The notes beneath the pieces were generated by a model that worked only from the letters and a program-made list of their open reading frames with translations, made no database searches and was not told the DNA's origin. Below are positions 48,827 to 61,981 of a stretch of DNA of 64,000 bases, piece after piece; positions within the stretch are counted from its first letter, which is position 1, and the number at the start of each line of letters is the position of its first letter. A program made the translations under genes and the position numbers. The stretch is from Octopus bimaculoides (taxonomy: Eukaryota). The stretch covers positions 51,903,589-51,967,588 of the forward strand of contig NC_068991.1 in assembly GCF_001194135.2 (NCBI RefSeq), given 5' to 3'.

Positions 48827-51800
48827 ATATATCTTGTATCTAGGTATATCAGTTGCACCTTTGTCAAATTGGAAACAGGTTTAGCTTTACCCCCGATCAA
48901 CAGGTGTGTCTACACCTGAATAACTTCTCTGTTGCTGATTATTAATATGGAACTAAAGTGCAGTGACATTTTCATTGTATATGTGTGACTATATATAGAG
49001 AGATATACTTATTTACACATAGACAAAGATATATTTCTTACGCATACACACACACACACATGCAAGCTTGTATGTACAACACATACACTCACAAAAGGAA
49101 CATCACAGACACACACATATATTTAAAGGCGTTGAAACGTATGTATGATGTACAAGCAAATATACAAAAGCATTGTGTGTGTGTGCGCGCGCGTGTTGTC
49201 CAAAAGTAAGCTAAATAGTGCAAACAGGAGGCTTCTTCAATGACTATTTAACAGCTGTAATTACATCCATAGTTTTAGGAAGAAACCGTATCTGCGTAAT
49301 TGACCTGTTGATAGTCTTCTCGAAGTGACTGTTACCCATCGAATAGAATACTGTGTTCCATGAAATAGAGACATGTTAATGTTGTATATCCTGATCGCAC
49401 CTGAACCCGAGTACCGAATGACATAAAATCCAGCTCTGGCTGACACAGATCGTAAGTTTATCTTTTACTTCGACATTCTCAATGAATGGGATTGTCTGCT
49501 AGCCATTATCAAACCCAGTAAAGAGAGACACAGCGAGGAAATTTACTGGAAACCTTCCAATTCGACCAGCCTTGAACATTTATACTCGGTTAGTGTATTT
49601 ATTGACCAGTTTCCGGTGCACTTATGTCAAGCAGTGTACAGACATTTTATTCTCTCTGCCTTCTTAATAAAGTTAACATTGTTACTATTTCCACTGGTTA
49701 AACCATTGTAAAAGTTGTAAAATACTTACAAATATCCAGCGTACGTTTCATAAAGAAGAAAAAAAACGTGATACGCCTGTAATTGTTGTTGTTATTGCTG
49801 TTGCTGTTGCTGTTTTATTTAAACCAAGTCATTTCTGATCAAGTAGACCTTTGATCAAAGATATTTAAACTATGACCATTTCGTCTTATTTTCAGGTATT
49901 TTCTAAACTACTGTATTTTATTCAGTGAGTCCATTTACAAGATAGTAGGGCTCCAGATCATTCCACTCGTAAATACGCCGGTGAAAGAAGGTGGCAGAAG
50001 ATATTCACAATGGACTCAACTGATAGCTGAGTCCATCCAACACATGACGGCAGATGATCGCCACAACTCCGCAAGTTCGTGCTTGGGCACTGTGCGATTA
50101 CATACAAAACGATCTCGTCGCTCTGCTAGAAACTGCAGCTAAATCTGTCAAAATTTACACCCTATCATCTTTAAAAACATTGAAGGACACTGGATAATGT
50201 ATTTCTAGGTTCACGTGAAGTGAACCTAGAAAAATTGGATGGGCACTATTGGAACAACAGAGATCACAGGCTTGCCTATCTAGTCAGAGGCGACCTACGG
50301 CTAAACAACAACTAAAACGTGAATCAGCAGTTGTGTATTATCGATGACATCTTGCATCTATATTATCAAATGCTATGTATTTGCAGATGTAGCAGAATAT
50401 ATGACACTTAAAACCCAATGGTATTAACACTCCGGATGTATACATACCCTACTGACGGGATAAAATTTATCTCTTTTCCATAATATTATCAACTAAATAT
50501 ATTTGCCAACTCTCTGGTCGATAATGAGTCATGGAACATTGGTTAGTTGATGGTATTGCAGCTATGCGTGTGTGGTTGATACAAAATACAGAACCGTTTC
50601 AAAAACAACCGACATGCGACATTTGATTGTAACTCTACAGAGACTCATTTCCAAACGATGGCTGTGTTACTGAATTTGTGAAAGATAGTGACAAAGAATA
50701 TTAGGAATACGATATTACCATTAAGTTCGATGATGGTGATTATAATATTGATTGCGATGGCGATGAGGAATTTTAAACAGATCCATGTAGTTTTATAACT
50801 ACACAAATATAACATATACAACAAGAAGCAAAAGCGGTGAAATTAGTGATGAAAATCATGGGATTAAAAATGTGTTGGTGAAACGCTGACCACCCAACCA
50901 TAAATATTGGAATGAGTGGTTTCGCAGCGTCACAGGCTTGATGGGAATGACCGTTTATGCGATATATTTCATCTGTTTTATAGACTTAAATAACAAAAAC
51001 TAAGGAACGTACACACTAAATCAAATGGTCATTGCTAACTTTTATTTGAACGTAGAGGAAATATCCAACGTATTTTATCAAATATAGATGTTGAAAAATA
51101 ATAGACACTTGAGTCTATTAAATATCATTAAAATGTCCCTCAACTTGTCACTAACAAAATACTTAACAAAAGATGCTTCCACTCTGGAAAAAAAAAACGA
51201 ATAGAAAAATCCTTGTTTCCAAATTTAATTCCTTGTGAGAGAATTGAGAAATTTATTGAAATTATTTCCAGCGCATTACAAGTTGCTAACATTCAATAAA
51301 GAGATATTCATAGTCTTATATCAATACTGTTGCCTTCACATATTACGAATATCTTAATAAATTGAGTGAATTTTAAGTTGGTACTAAAACAATAGAATAG
51401 GTATTGTTTATTCAAAGTTGAAACGTGAGAAATTCTGGCTTTTGTTTTTTTCAATAATTGCTGTGTGCATTGCTCAAAAATCTGTTTGTGTGTCTTTTAT
51501 AAGTCATCCTAAAGAATATGTTTTGCTCCAGAGTTGACAGGACACATACGTTCCAATTTCTATAGAGGGGCTTTAATGGAGAAAACTATAAAATTTGTTT
51601 GCTTTGTTTATTAGAGCATTTTATTTGAGTATATGTGTGTGTGTGTAACTGATGAAGGGAATGTTCTTTATGTTGCTTGTCCCGTTTCTCTCTTTGTTTC
51701 TTTCGTTGCTCAAAAAAAAATTCGTTTTCCATGCTTTTGTTTTTTATGTTCCCGTTTCTCATTTTGTTCACGATTTTTTTGACGTCCTACACCCATATAT

Positions 51801-52007
51801 GCATGTAGATATACATATATATGTAGGCATGTACATGTATGTGTGTATATATGCATATATATATATATTATTTATATCACATATATGGAAAGAAGAGGTG
51901 TATTCCCATGCTGGAAAAACATAAGAGAACTTGGTAATCCCAACACATTTTTTCCTCTCTCCGTTTTTTTTTTTCTCATTCTCTCTCCTTTTTTCCTCTT
52001 CTTAATC

Positions 52008-52043
52008 CTTTCTGTCGAAGAGCGTAGGCTCGAAACGTAAAAG
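52008..52043 (+). ncRNA. Putative minimal type-I hammerhead ribozyme motif (A6U variant)
   Basis: cttt-CTGTCGA-A-GAGC-gtag-GCTC-GAAAC-GTA-aaag: stem I CUUU/AAAG, stem II GAGC/GCUC, GAAA core, palindromic ACGU stem III, GUA cleavage triplet. Confidence 0.6.
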
Positions 52044-52124
52044 ACTTCTCCATTCTTCCCGAGCGTCAAACTAATACACCTGCATGTTGCTCCTATACTT
52101 GTCTTCATCTTCTGTAAATATGAA

Positions 52125-52162
<38 letters not shown>

Positions 52163-52812
52163 NNNNNNNNNNNNNNNNNNNNNNNNNNNNNNNNNNNNNN
52201 NNNNNNNNNNNNNNNNNNNNNNNNNNNNNNNNNNNNNNNNNNNNNNNNNNNATATGTATTAGGATACTATAACATGAGAGCGGAGGATAACAGGTTTTAA
52301 TAGTAGATCACATTTGTTTCTGTACCGCACACCAGCTTTAAGTTGCTGAGTTTATATTAAATTTTTAAAAAAGCATAAACATGATTTAAAATTTACGATA
52401 ATGTTATTATTGTACTTTTGACTCATGGTTATGCTTGAGACTCCCGGAACCTGACACGTTGATTAATTAAATGAAATATACATCGTTTAGCCAGAGTATT
52501 CAGAAAAATCTAACAAGAATTAATTGTATTCCGCTCTGACGAAGCGCCCACGCGCGGCTGTTGCCGAGCAGCATTCAACTGTATAATAATTATAAAGGTC
52601 TTCTATAATGGTTTTTGAATATAAATTCAGCAACATAAAGGTAGTGTGCAGGACAGAAACAAATGTTGTTATCTACTATTAAGGCATGCTATCCTCCATC
52701 CTCATGTTATATTATCCTTGTACTAATCTTATGTAAAGAGGAGTCCCGCGTGTGTATCTAGCCTTGGAGTATTCCCTACTGTAGGATACCATGCAGTATA
52801 TAACTGTGTATG

Positions 52813-52855
<43 letters not shown>

Positions 52856-53189
52856 CTGTACTTCGACTATACACGTTAGAAGATTTCTGTAGAGCAACCC
52901 AACAGTGAGGCGAAGTGGACTGGTTCGGTTCTGATTTAGTTTTTTTGTTCCCTATTTGTATTGTGTATCGAAACTGAAAGCATCAACTGACTGTCATATA
53001 TTGTAAAAAAACCTTTGTCGATGGTGCAACAAATTATTTGCAAAACATAAGTTTCTCTGGATTGTTATCAACATTCATTATATCTAATATAATGAACTTT
53101 CAATTTATGATATATTGTTGCATATTTGATATTGTGTGTAGCGCCACCTACCACCCTCTGCCTTATATTCAGCTGTGTACTAGACTAAG

Positions 53190-53571
53190 GTGGAGGCGCA
53201 ATGGCCCAGTGGTTAGGGCAGCGGACTCGCAGTCATAGGATCGCGGTTTCGATTCCCAGACCGGGCGTTGTGAGTGTTTATTGAGCGAAAACACCTAAAG
53301 CTCCACGAGGCTCCGGCAGGGGATGGTGGTGAACCCTGCTGTACTCTTTCACCACAACTTTCTCTCACTCTTTCTTCCTGTTTCTGTTGTGCCTGTAATT
53401 CAAAGGGTCAACCTTGTCACACTGTGTCACGCTGAATATCCCCGAGAACTACGTTAAGGGTACACATGTCTGTGGAGTGCCCAGCCACTTGTACGTTAAT
53501 TTCACGAGCAGGCTGTTCCGTTGATCGGATCAACTAGAACCCTCGACGTCGTAAGCGACGGAGTGCCAACA
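53190..53571 (+). mobile_element. SINE family C, young full-length copy
   Basis: Near-identical to 44666-45049; 11-bp TSD actagactaag at 53179-53189 and 53572-53582. Confidence 0.92.
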
Positions 53572-54028
53572 ACTAGACTAAGAGAACTCTCTTCTTTCTT
53601 TTTCTATGAAAAGTGCCATTATGTATTTATAGACACGATTTTCGCATCGCTCGGAGTAACGTTTCTATATTGCATAAAATTAATTCAATAAATTTAAAGA
53701 TTTTAAATGCTTTAAAATTGAATTTGTTGTACAAATATGAATAAATATGAATATAAATTTGACTTGGCTAACTAGTGCGTCAGTTATAGTCATTATTTTT
53801 CGATTTATTTTCCAAACTATTAGTTACTTTTATTATATATAGAATGGAAAACAAATACCTCCCCATGGACAAATAGTTAAATTTCATGGCTGGCAACAAT
53901 GCTAAAGTAATAGTCAGAGTAAAAATAGATGCAGTTAGACGACTCGGAAAGTGAGTGAATGAAGAAATTGCAGAACTGTTTTTTGAAAGATTACTGAAAG
54001 CTTCGAAAATACAAAAGTATTTCTTATA

Positions 54029-54400
<372 letters not shown>

Positions 54401-54401
54401 A

Positions 54402-54435
<34 letters not shown>

Positions 54436-54436
54436 G

Positions 54437-54558
54437 TATGGCTGAGTGTTAGGTTCAGTTGCACTGCATAGCACCTAGAATAAGTCTCTTTTATTATAGC
54501 CTCTGCCCGACCAAAACCTAGTGAGTGGATTTGGTAGACAGAAACTGAAAGAAACCAG

Positions 54559-54560
<2 letters not shown>
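54437..54560 (+). mobile_element. SINE family B, 5' half, diverged
   Basis: tgttaggttcagttgcactgc...gaccaaaacctagtgagtggatttggtagacagaaactgaaagaaacc. Confidence 0.65.
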
Positions 54561-54610
<50 letters not shown>

Positions 54611-55113
54611 GAGTATTTATGTATGTATGTCTCCTCTATTTTTTAATTATTGCAAATCTTCCATCGAGGAGGGAGCCGGTTTCCAACAAAGAGATAAAGC
54701 TCCATCTTTGGGATATAGTTAACAGAAAAATTCATATTTGAAAATTGAGAAAAGCCTTGCACATCTATGTATGTATGTTATATGTATGGTTCAAGAAAAA
54801 ATGCTTAAGAGCACAGCACCATACGTAGTTGATTATAAAAGCTAAGAGAGCATACATGATTGGTGAAGAACATATGTTGCCAGAAACAGGTAAAATTGCA
54901 GATGTTATTAACAGAAAGAACAATAAAGACGAAATATTTCTGTTAATCTTCATGTCCAGTTTTAATGGCAATAAACACCAAATACCATTCAGCTATTTAA
55001 TAGAAATTCCCTTTAAAAAAACAACAACAGCGTTAAATGTGTAGTGTCGAAGCAAACAAGCACATCCATCTTACCGAGGATATTAATATTTTCTAGTAAT
55101 AAAGTTTTGTGTG

Positions 55114-55481
55114 TGGAGGCGCAATGGCCCAGTGGTTAAGGCAGCGGATTCCGGTCATAGGATCGTGCTTTCGATTCCCAGACCGGGCGTTGTGAGTGTT
55201 TATTGAGCGAAAACACCTAAAGCTCCACAAGGCTCCGGCAGGGGATGGTGGCGAACCTTGCTGTACTCTTTCACCACAACTTTCTCTTACTTCCTGTTTC
55301 TGTTGTGCCTGTAATTCAAAGGGTCAGCCTTGTCACGCTGAATATCCCCGAGAACTACGTTAAGGGTAGTGCTCAGTCTGTGGAGTGCTCAGCCACTTGC
55401 AGGTTAATTTCACGAGCAGGCTGTTCCGTTGATTGGATCAACAGGAACCCTCGACGTCGTAAGCGACGGAGTACCAACAAC
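55114..55481 (+). mobile_element. SINE family C, young full-length copy
   Basis: 13-bp TSD aaagttttgtgtg at 55101-55113 and 55482-55494. Confidence 0.92.
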
Positions 55482-55864
55482 AAAGTTTTGTGTGATCTTG
55501 TATAAACATAATTTGTTAGCAATTTTAGTTTATCATAGCTAAATATCGACTATATTCTTTATTTATTGAATTTTATAACAGTAAACGATGGCTGCGAAAA
55601 CATTTGACTGATTAAAAGAGCGTCGTGAGGGAAGAAAGTTTAAGAAATAATTATGTAGAGTACCAGATCTTGTTTCATGGATTTCACTATTCAGCCTGTT
55701 TATGTATATTCAAAGATTGACATAATCACAGCAGAGGCGAAGTGGACTCAGTTACCTGGTAGCTTCATTTGAATCTGTAGTGGACACTATATGGCTAATC
55801 TGATGTTTGTATTGTTATTTGTTAAGATCAGATATGAGGGAATAGATGTCTGTTGTGTTCTTGA

Positions 55865-56225
55865 TATCTGTGGCAAGAATCTTGCAGCCCAACCACATGG
55901 TTACGGGTTCAGTCCCACTGCGTGGTACCAAAACCTTGTAAATGGATTTGATGGACGGAAACTGAAAGAAGCTCGTCATATTTGTGTGGTGTGTGTGTGT
56001 GTGTTTGTGTCTTAGTGCTTGTCTCCTCCCACAACACACCCCGCATGACAACTGGAATTGGTGTTTACGCCCCATGATATAGCAGTACGGCAAATGAATA
56101 AACACCATGCTTAAAAATAGAAGTAAGTACTGGGCTCAATTCATTCGACTAAAAATTCTTCAAGGCGGTGTCCCAGGATGGCTGCAGGCTAATGTCTAAA
56201 AGAAGTCAAGACTAAAAGGTAAAAG
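55865..56225 (+). mobile_element. SINE family B, diverged
   Basis: ccaaccacatggttacgggttcagtcccactgcgtgg...gacggaaactgaaagaagc...aagtactgggctcaattcattcgactaaaa. Confidence 0.75.
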
Positions 56226-56870
56226 ATAGGAGGGAATGGAAAATATTATCTGCTGTGTGTCTATATAATTGCGTTTAGACATCGGCTAAGATGTTTATGT
56301 TCGATAGTAACCATTAGTGGTATTCATAGATAGGGTCTGAATATTTCTGCTTTACTGTGAACAAAGAGGTCCATGTGCATGTACTTGTATGTGTGTGTGA
56401 ATGTATGTGTGTGTGCAGCTAGAGTACAAAATTGATTAGCGTATCAGACATTACTTGAGAATCGTGTCCAAAGACACGATGAAAATATTAAGTGAAATTA
56501 CAGATGATTTTAAAGAAATATTTCACTTCTAGCAAATTTCGGTAGAGTCAAATAACTATTATCACTAACTGATATGCTACACAACTGGATTCGACTAGGT
56601 TATCCAGTTTTGTACTCGAACCACACGTCACACTCTGATAGACGCCATCTTAACGTTTCGTTTATCTAATAACACTTCTGTTTTAGCACAAGCTCGCTGT
56701 TACTATTTCAATTAAACCGTTTTGTGTCATCTGTGATATATTTCTCATTCGAATGCCGAGCCTTTAGTGGACTAAACAAGCCTCACAAATATTTATAATT
56801 ATATTTTCATCTCCCTCCTTCTTTCTCTCTCTCTCTCTCTCATACACACACAGACACACGCGCGCGCGCT

Positions 56871-56940
<70 letters not shown>

Positions 56941-57200
56941 TTCTCGCTTAGATTTGGTCCCAATTGCCAACGAACATTTGGTATACATTCTCGGGAAGTG
57001 AAGATAATTTCAATAAAGATAAGAAAAGAATTTATTTTGTAAGTTATTTAATATAAATTTAATCATTCTTTGTTGTACAAATACATGCCACTAGCCACTC
57101 GAATCATTCTCTTCACTAATTTTTATTTCATTTATATATGTGCGAGTGTGTCTATGAGTGAGTGCGTATATACATACAGACATACGTGTGTGTATGTGCA

Positions 57201-57240
<40 letters not shown>

Positions 57241-58194
57241 CGTGCGTGCATGCATGTATACATACAAACAAACCATACTCATATATAAAATAAATCGCTT
57301 TAATGGTGGAACTCGAAGTAGATAAAGCTATATATATATAACAGAATGATCTTTAGGAGCTTTTCTGTTTGCCTGCAGCTGTGGAAATTTCAAAGTTTAC
57401 TGAAATTTAAAAATTTGGTGTATTAATGTAATTTTTCAAGTTGAATCTCAGGAGGTATTTCACTTTTACCAGAAAACTTTTTAAACAGTTATAGAGGTTT
57501 AAAGATAATTTTCACCCAGCCAGAAAACAGTATTTGGAAACTGTCATTTTATGCATGACGTGTTTTAATATAAAACTGTAAATAAATCAACTTCCGCTTT
57601 ACGCACGACATATAACACCTCATAACATTTTGCGAATTTGTATTCTACACTCAGGAATTCATACGATTATGCAAAAACCAAAGAAAAAAATGGGAGTGGG
57701 GTGCGTATTTTAAGGCCTGTTTGGCTGTTATTTGTAGCAGCAGATGGGCACAAGCAGCAGAACACAGCGTCGATGCACATGGTTTCGCGTAGAATATATT
57801 TGTTAACACGTGCTATCTCGCAGACGAAAGAGTTCTCATGTTTGGCTTATTACTACGGAACCAGGTATGAATGTGTCTGTGGTTTACAATTGGCTATAAT
57901 TATCCAAAATTTGCAAACTTTAAAATCTAATAACTATTTGTCAATTTATGGCGAAAATAATTGCATTGGTTAGCATGTAAAACTACATCATTACACCGAA
58001 TATGAAATCAATTCGAGCAGGAATTGAATATTGGCAGCCAGACAGAAACGATTCGATTGTTTTTCTATCCAAAGGATTTTGAACTCAATTTTCTGGATGA
58101 TATTATTTACATCTTTTATCCTCTTCGAGATCCACTACTAAAATGATTTATTTCATAGGTCGAAATTTCTAAAAAAAAAAATTTTTTTAATTAT

Positions 58195-58582
58195 AGGAGT
58201 GGCTGTGTGGTAAGTAGCTTGCTTACCAACCACATGGTTTCGGGTTCAGTCCCACTGCGTGGCACCTTGGACAAGTATCTAATACTATAGCCTCGGGCCG
58301 ACCAAAGCCTTATGAGTGGATTTGGTAGACGGAAACTGAAAGAAGCCCGTCGTATATATGTATATATATGTATGTGTGTGTGTTTGTGTATCTGTGTTTG
58401 TCCCCCTAGCATTGCTTGACAACCGATGCTGGTGTGTTTACGTCCCCGTAACTTAGCGGTTCGGCAAAAAGAGACCGATAGAATAAGTACTAGGCTTACA
58501 AAGAATAAGTCCCGGGGTCAATTTGCTCGACTAAAGGTGGGGCTCCAGCATGGCCGCAGTCAAATGACTGAAACAAGTAAAA
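58195..58582 (+). mobile_element. SINE family B, best-preserved full-length copy
   Basis: ggagtggctgtgtggtaagtagcttgc...ggcaccttggacaag...caaatgactgaaacaagtaaaa. Confidence 0.9.
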
Positions 58583-58649
58583 TAATATGTATACACATGC
58601 ATATATATGTGTGTGCGTGTGCGCGCGCGCGTGTATACATATGTGTATG

Positions 58650-59407
58650 CAAAAATATCACAAAAAAAAAAAAAAACAGCTACTCAAAGTTTCACGTTTC
58701 GGATCTAGTTCAAAACGGGGGCACCAGTTTACATTTATGTTTTATGTAGTGTTTTTGGTACCGAAAGACTTTCAAACTTCGTATACTTATCTATTTTGTG
58801 TTATAAAACCGAAAAAAATTTTTGTATTCGAATTAATTTCAAGTAAAAAATTGTCTTATTTCGATAATTTCAACCACTCCATTACTTCTGACATTTTGCA
58901 GAGAGGCAACACACGTGTGTTCGTTTTCCCTAACAGACTTGCTCCTTCCCTCAAAAACCAGGCCTTGTGCCTATAATAGAAAGGTTTATTAGCTACTGCC
59001 AATATGCTTCAGCCATTTTTTGACAAGGAAACAATAATTTTATCACCGCCAGAATCGTTTGAGAATCGTTTGTTTACGTAGTCAGCACTTAATGCATTCG
59101 GCTGAATGGACGTCAGTCATTGGTTGAAATTACAGAAATACGACAACATGAAATAAATTGCAATATAATAATTTTTCTTAAGAAGACTAAGAGAAAAAGA
59201 TGTTTTATATGACACATTCTACCAGTGTCCCAAGTTTCAAAGTGTTTCGTTAAGAAAATACTGTTTTGAACTAGATCCCACGTTTCCGTTCGTCGGGCAG
59301 TTGTGATCAAGAAAGGAATATGATAAAGATTCCATTTTTGATTATAACTGCCCAACGAACGGGAACGTTAAACTCTGAGTAGCAGTTTTTTTTTTGTGAT
59401 ATTTTTG
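58650..59407. mobile_element. Palindromic foldback element (~85-bp arms) interrupted by the 8-bp-TSD transposon
   Basis: With 58701-59286 removed, the left arm caaaaatatcac(A)n cagctactcaaagtttcacgtttccgttcgtcgggcagttgtgatcaa pairs with the right arm ttgattataactgcccaacgaacgggaacgttaaactctgagtagcag(T)n gtgatatttttg. Confidence 0.75.
58701..59278. mobile_element. Second copy (opposite orientation) of the 8-bp-TSD TIR element
   Basis: Left TIR ggatctagttcaaaacgggggcaccagt; right TIR partly deleted (actg|ttttgaactagatcc); perfect TSD cacgtttc at 58693-58700 and 59279-59286. The subterminal ~140-180 bp match 45445-45630 and 46039-46180. Confidence 0.88.
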
Positions 59408-60575
59408 TGATGTTTTTGTAGCTTTAATAATAAAATATATTACTTTACCTCCGGTATTCCAGTACTATTTTCTTCCACCCTGTTTCACATTTGTGCTTAC
59501 TTAGGCATATATGTACTATATATATATGCGTTTGCGTACATGTGTGTATTAAAGATAATTGTTGTGTTTTGTTTATTGTTTTCTCTCTAAAACTTTATGA
59601 TGGATACATCCTCTCTTTCTTTTTCTCTCACTCATTCCCTCCGTCCATTCCTCTCCGTGCCTCTTCCTCCCCAAACAGACCTTACAACAACTGGTTAATT
59701 AGTCTTTCCATTATAATTTCCACCAAATCCTTCCTCCCAAAGCTACTTACACCTGCGATGATGGGGCCAAGACTGGCGTTTCCTGATAATGTTGACCGTA
59801 TATACATACATACAAGGCAGTGCTTATTTAAACAAATAACTAAACGGGCTTCCGTTTATTGATGGACCTCTTAACATTGATGACAACAATGAGGAGGAGA
59901 AACGTAATGGGAGAGGGAGAAGTGGGGGAGGAGACAGATGTGGTGACGGGGGAGACAGAATTGTTTAACGATATCATTAAGCCGACATAGATGCCGTTGA
60001 ACGGGGGGGGGGAGAGGCAGACAACGACGAGAAAGAGGAGGAGCACATGACGACGGTGACGACGACGATGATGATGATGAGGAGGAGGAGGAAACTGACG
60101 ACGTCACCAACGAATGTATAAAACTCCGTAAGAAATGAAGTAAATGCCACAAAGTAATATAAAATGAGATTTTATTGTGATGTTAGTGGGAACGAACCCC
60201 CCTCTCTTTTTTTTTCGTCTTAGTGGAGTTCAACAGAGCACGTATGAATCACAGCAGCGATTAGATCGAGCAGCTAAATCTGATTCAGTGGACCACTTGA
60301 CAGCAGCATCTTGCTCCTTTTCTTTGGCTTGAACTAAACACAACTAAATTTTACTCTTTGAAGCCAGCAGGCAACATACTTCTCTTTATATATTTCTTTC
60401 TTTTTTTTTATTAATGGCTTTTTCTTTTCTTTTCTTTTTACACCATACAAACACACACGCAAACACGTACAAGACACATACGAACACAGACGGAGACACG
60501 TACAAGCACACACAAACACAAGCAAACACACAGTATGAGAGAAAGGAGGGAGTAGATAAAAAGGAGCGAGAGAGG

Positions 60576-60619
<44 letters not shown>

Positions 60620-61179
60620 AAAGAGAGAGAGAGAGAGAGAGAGCGAGAGAAACAGAGAGACAGAGAGAGAAGGATGCGATAAAGATGAGTGACTAACTTT
60701 TGACTTCCGAGCGACACGTAGCGTTCATCCTTAATGAGGTGTCACCTCTTCTTATGTGTGTGTATGCATCTATACATACACATACGCACACCACACACAC
60801 ACACTGTGACTGCAGTCAAGACAATATTGTCGCAGATGTTTTAGAGCCTGCTATGACAGTAATTGCTTCGGTCATCTTTAAACTTTCTTGTGACACGAAC
60901 CTTGATAGACTAAATGCACATATTTAACAAACCTCTGATGAAGCTCCATGACAAGTCAACGCTATTTTAGATATTTTATGTTAACATATCTCAGTAGTTC
61001 GTACAAGTAACGAGAACACAATGAAATCTGCGCCGATAAACATCAGTAAACTTATTGTTTGTTTTTCAAACTTTCTGACATCTTATAAGAAACTTCGCCA
61101 GTGGGCTTCGTTCCTTGTTATCCTCTTGTTCATTAGTTTAATTCCAGAACATAAATATTCATCTGGACAACTGAAAGTA

Positions 61180-61238
61180 ACGAAGATACCCTGTTTTCCC
61201 TAGAGTAAATTACTGGTATATTATATATACAATTTACT

Positions 61239-61278
<40 letters not shown>

Positions 61279-61337
61279 AGTAATTTGTATATACAATATA
61301 CCAGTAATTTACTCTAGGGAAAACAGGGTATCTTCGT
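61180..61337. mobile_element. 158-bp palindrome with a (TA)n core, MITE-like
   Basis: acgaagataccctgttttccctagagtaaattactggtata... and its reverse complement ...tataccagtaatttactctagggaaaacagggtatcttcgt. Confidence 0.75.
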
Positions 61338-61981
61338 ACGAGGTTGTGGTGATGAACGCGTAAATCAAGATTGGACAGGAGACACACAAGAACACGTCTT
61401 CCTTGTTCCAGCTACAACGAAGGGAAAGAAAGAAACACAAGTTAGGAGAAGAAAGATGGCCGATGGTCGCGTGGGAGCCACGAAAGAGAGTGACAGAGTA
61501 ATAGGACAGAATAGTGGGAGAAGAGGAGGTAAAAGAATAAGAAAGAGATAGAGAGAAAAACGAAAGAGTAAAAAGATCGTATAGAGTGCGCATCAATATC
61601 ATTAAGATAAAACTTACTTGGAAGAGGATGCATGGCGTTCAATCAAATAATAATGTAAATAATATATATATATATGCATATATACATACGTATATGTACA
61701 TAAATCTATACNNNNNNNNNNNNNNNNNNNNNNNNNNNNNNNNNNNNNNNNNNNNNNNNNNNNNNNNNNNNNNNNNNNNNNNNNNNNNNNNNNNNNNNNN
61801 NNNNNNNNNNNTATATACATGCATATATACATATATATATATACATGCATATATACATATAAATCTTTATATATACATCTATACATATACATCCTTACAT
61901 ATATATTTATATATATACATATATATATGTGAGATAATACTTTCACTTTAATAGTTCCAGTAAGTGTAAGAGATATGAGAC

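Noticed and set aside
59860-60110. Acidic or Ser-rich ORFs (GAT/GAC/GAG runs), also at 39252-39467 and 20229-20457
   Set aside because: Trinucleotide low-complexity tracts that give homopolymeric translations in several frames; no gene structure.
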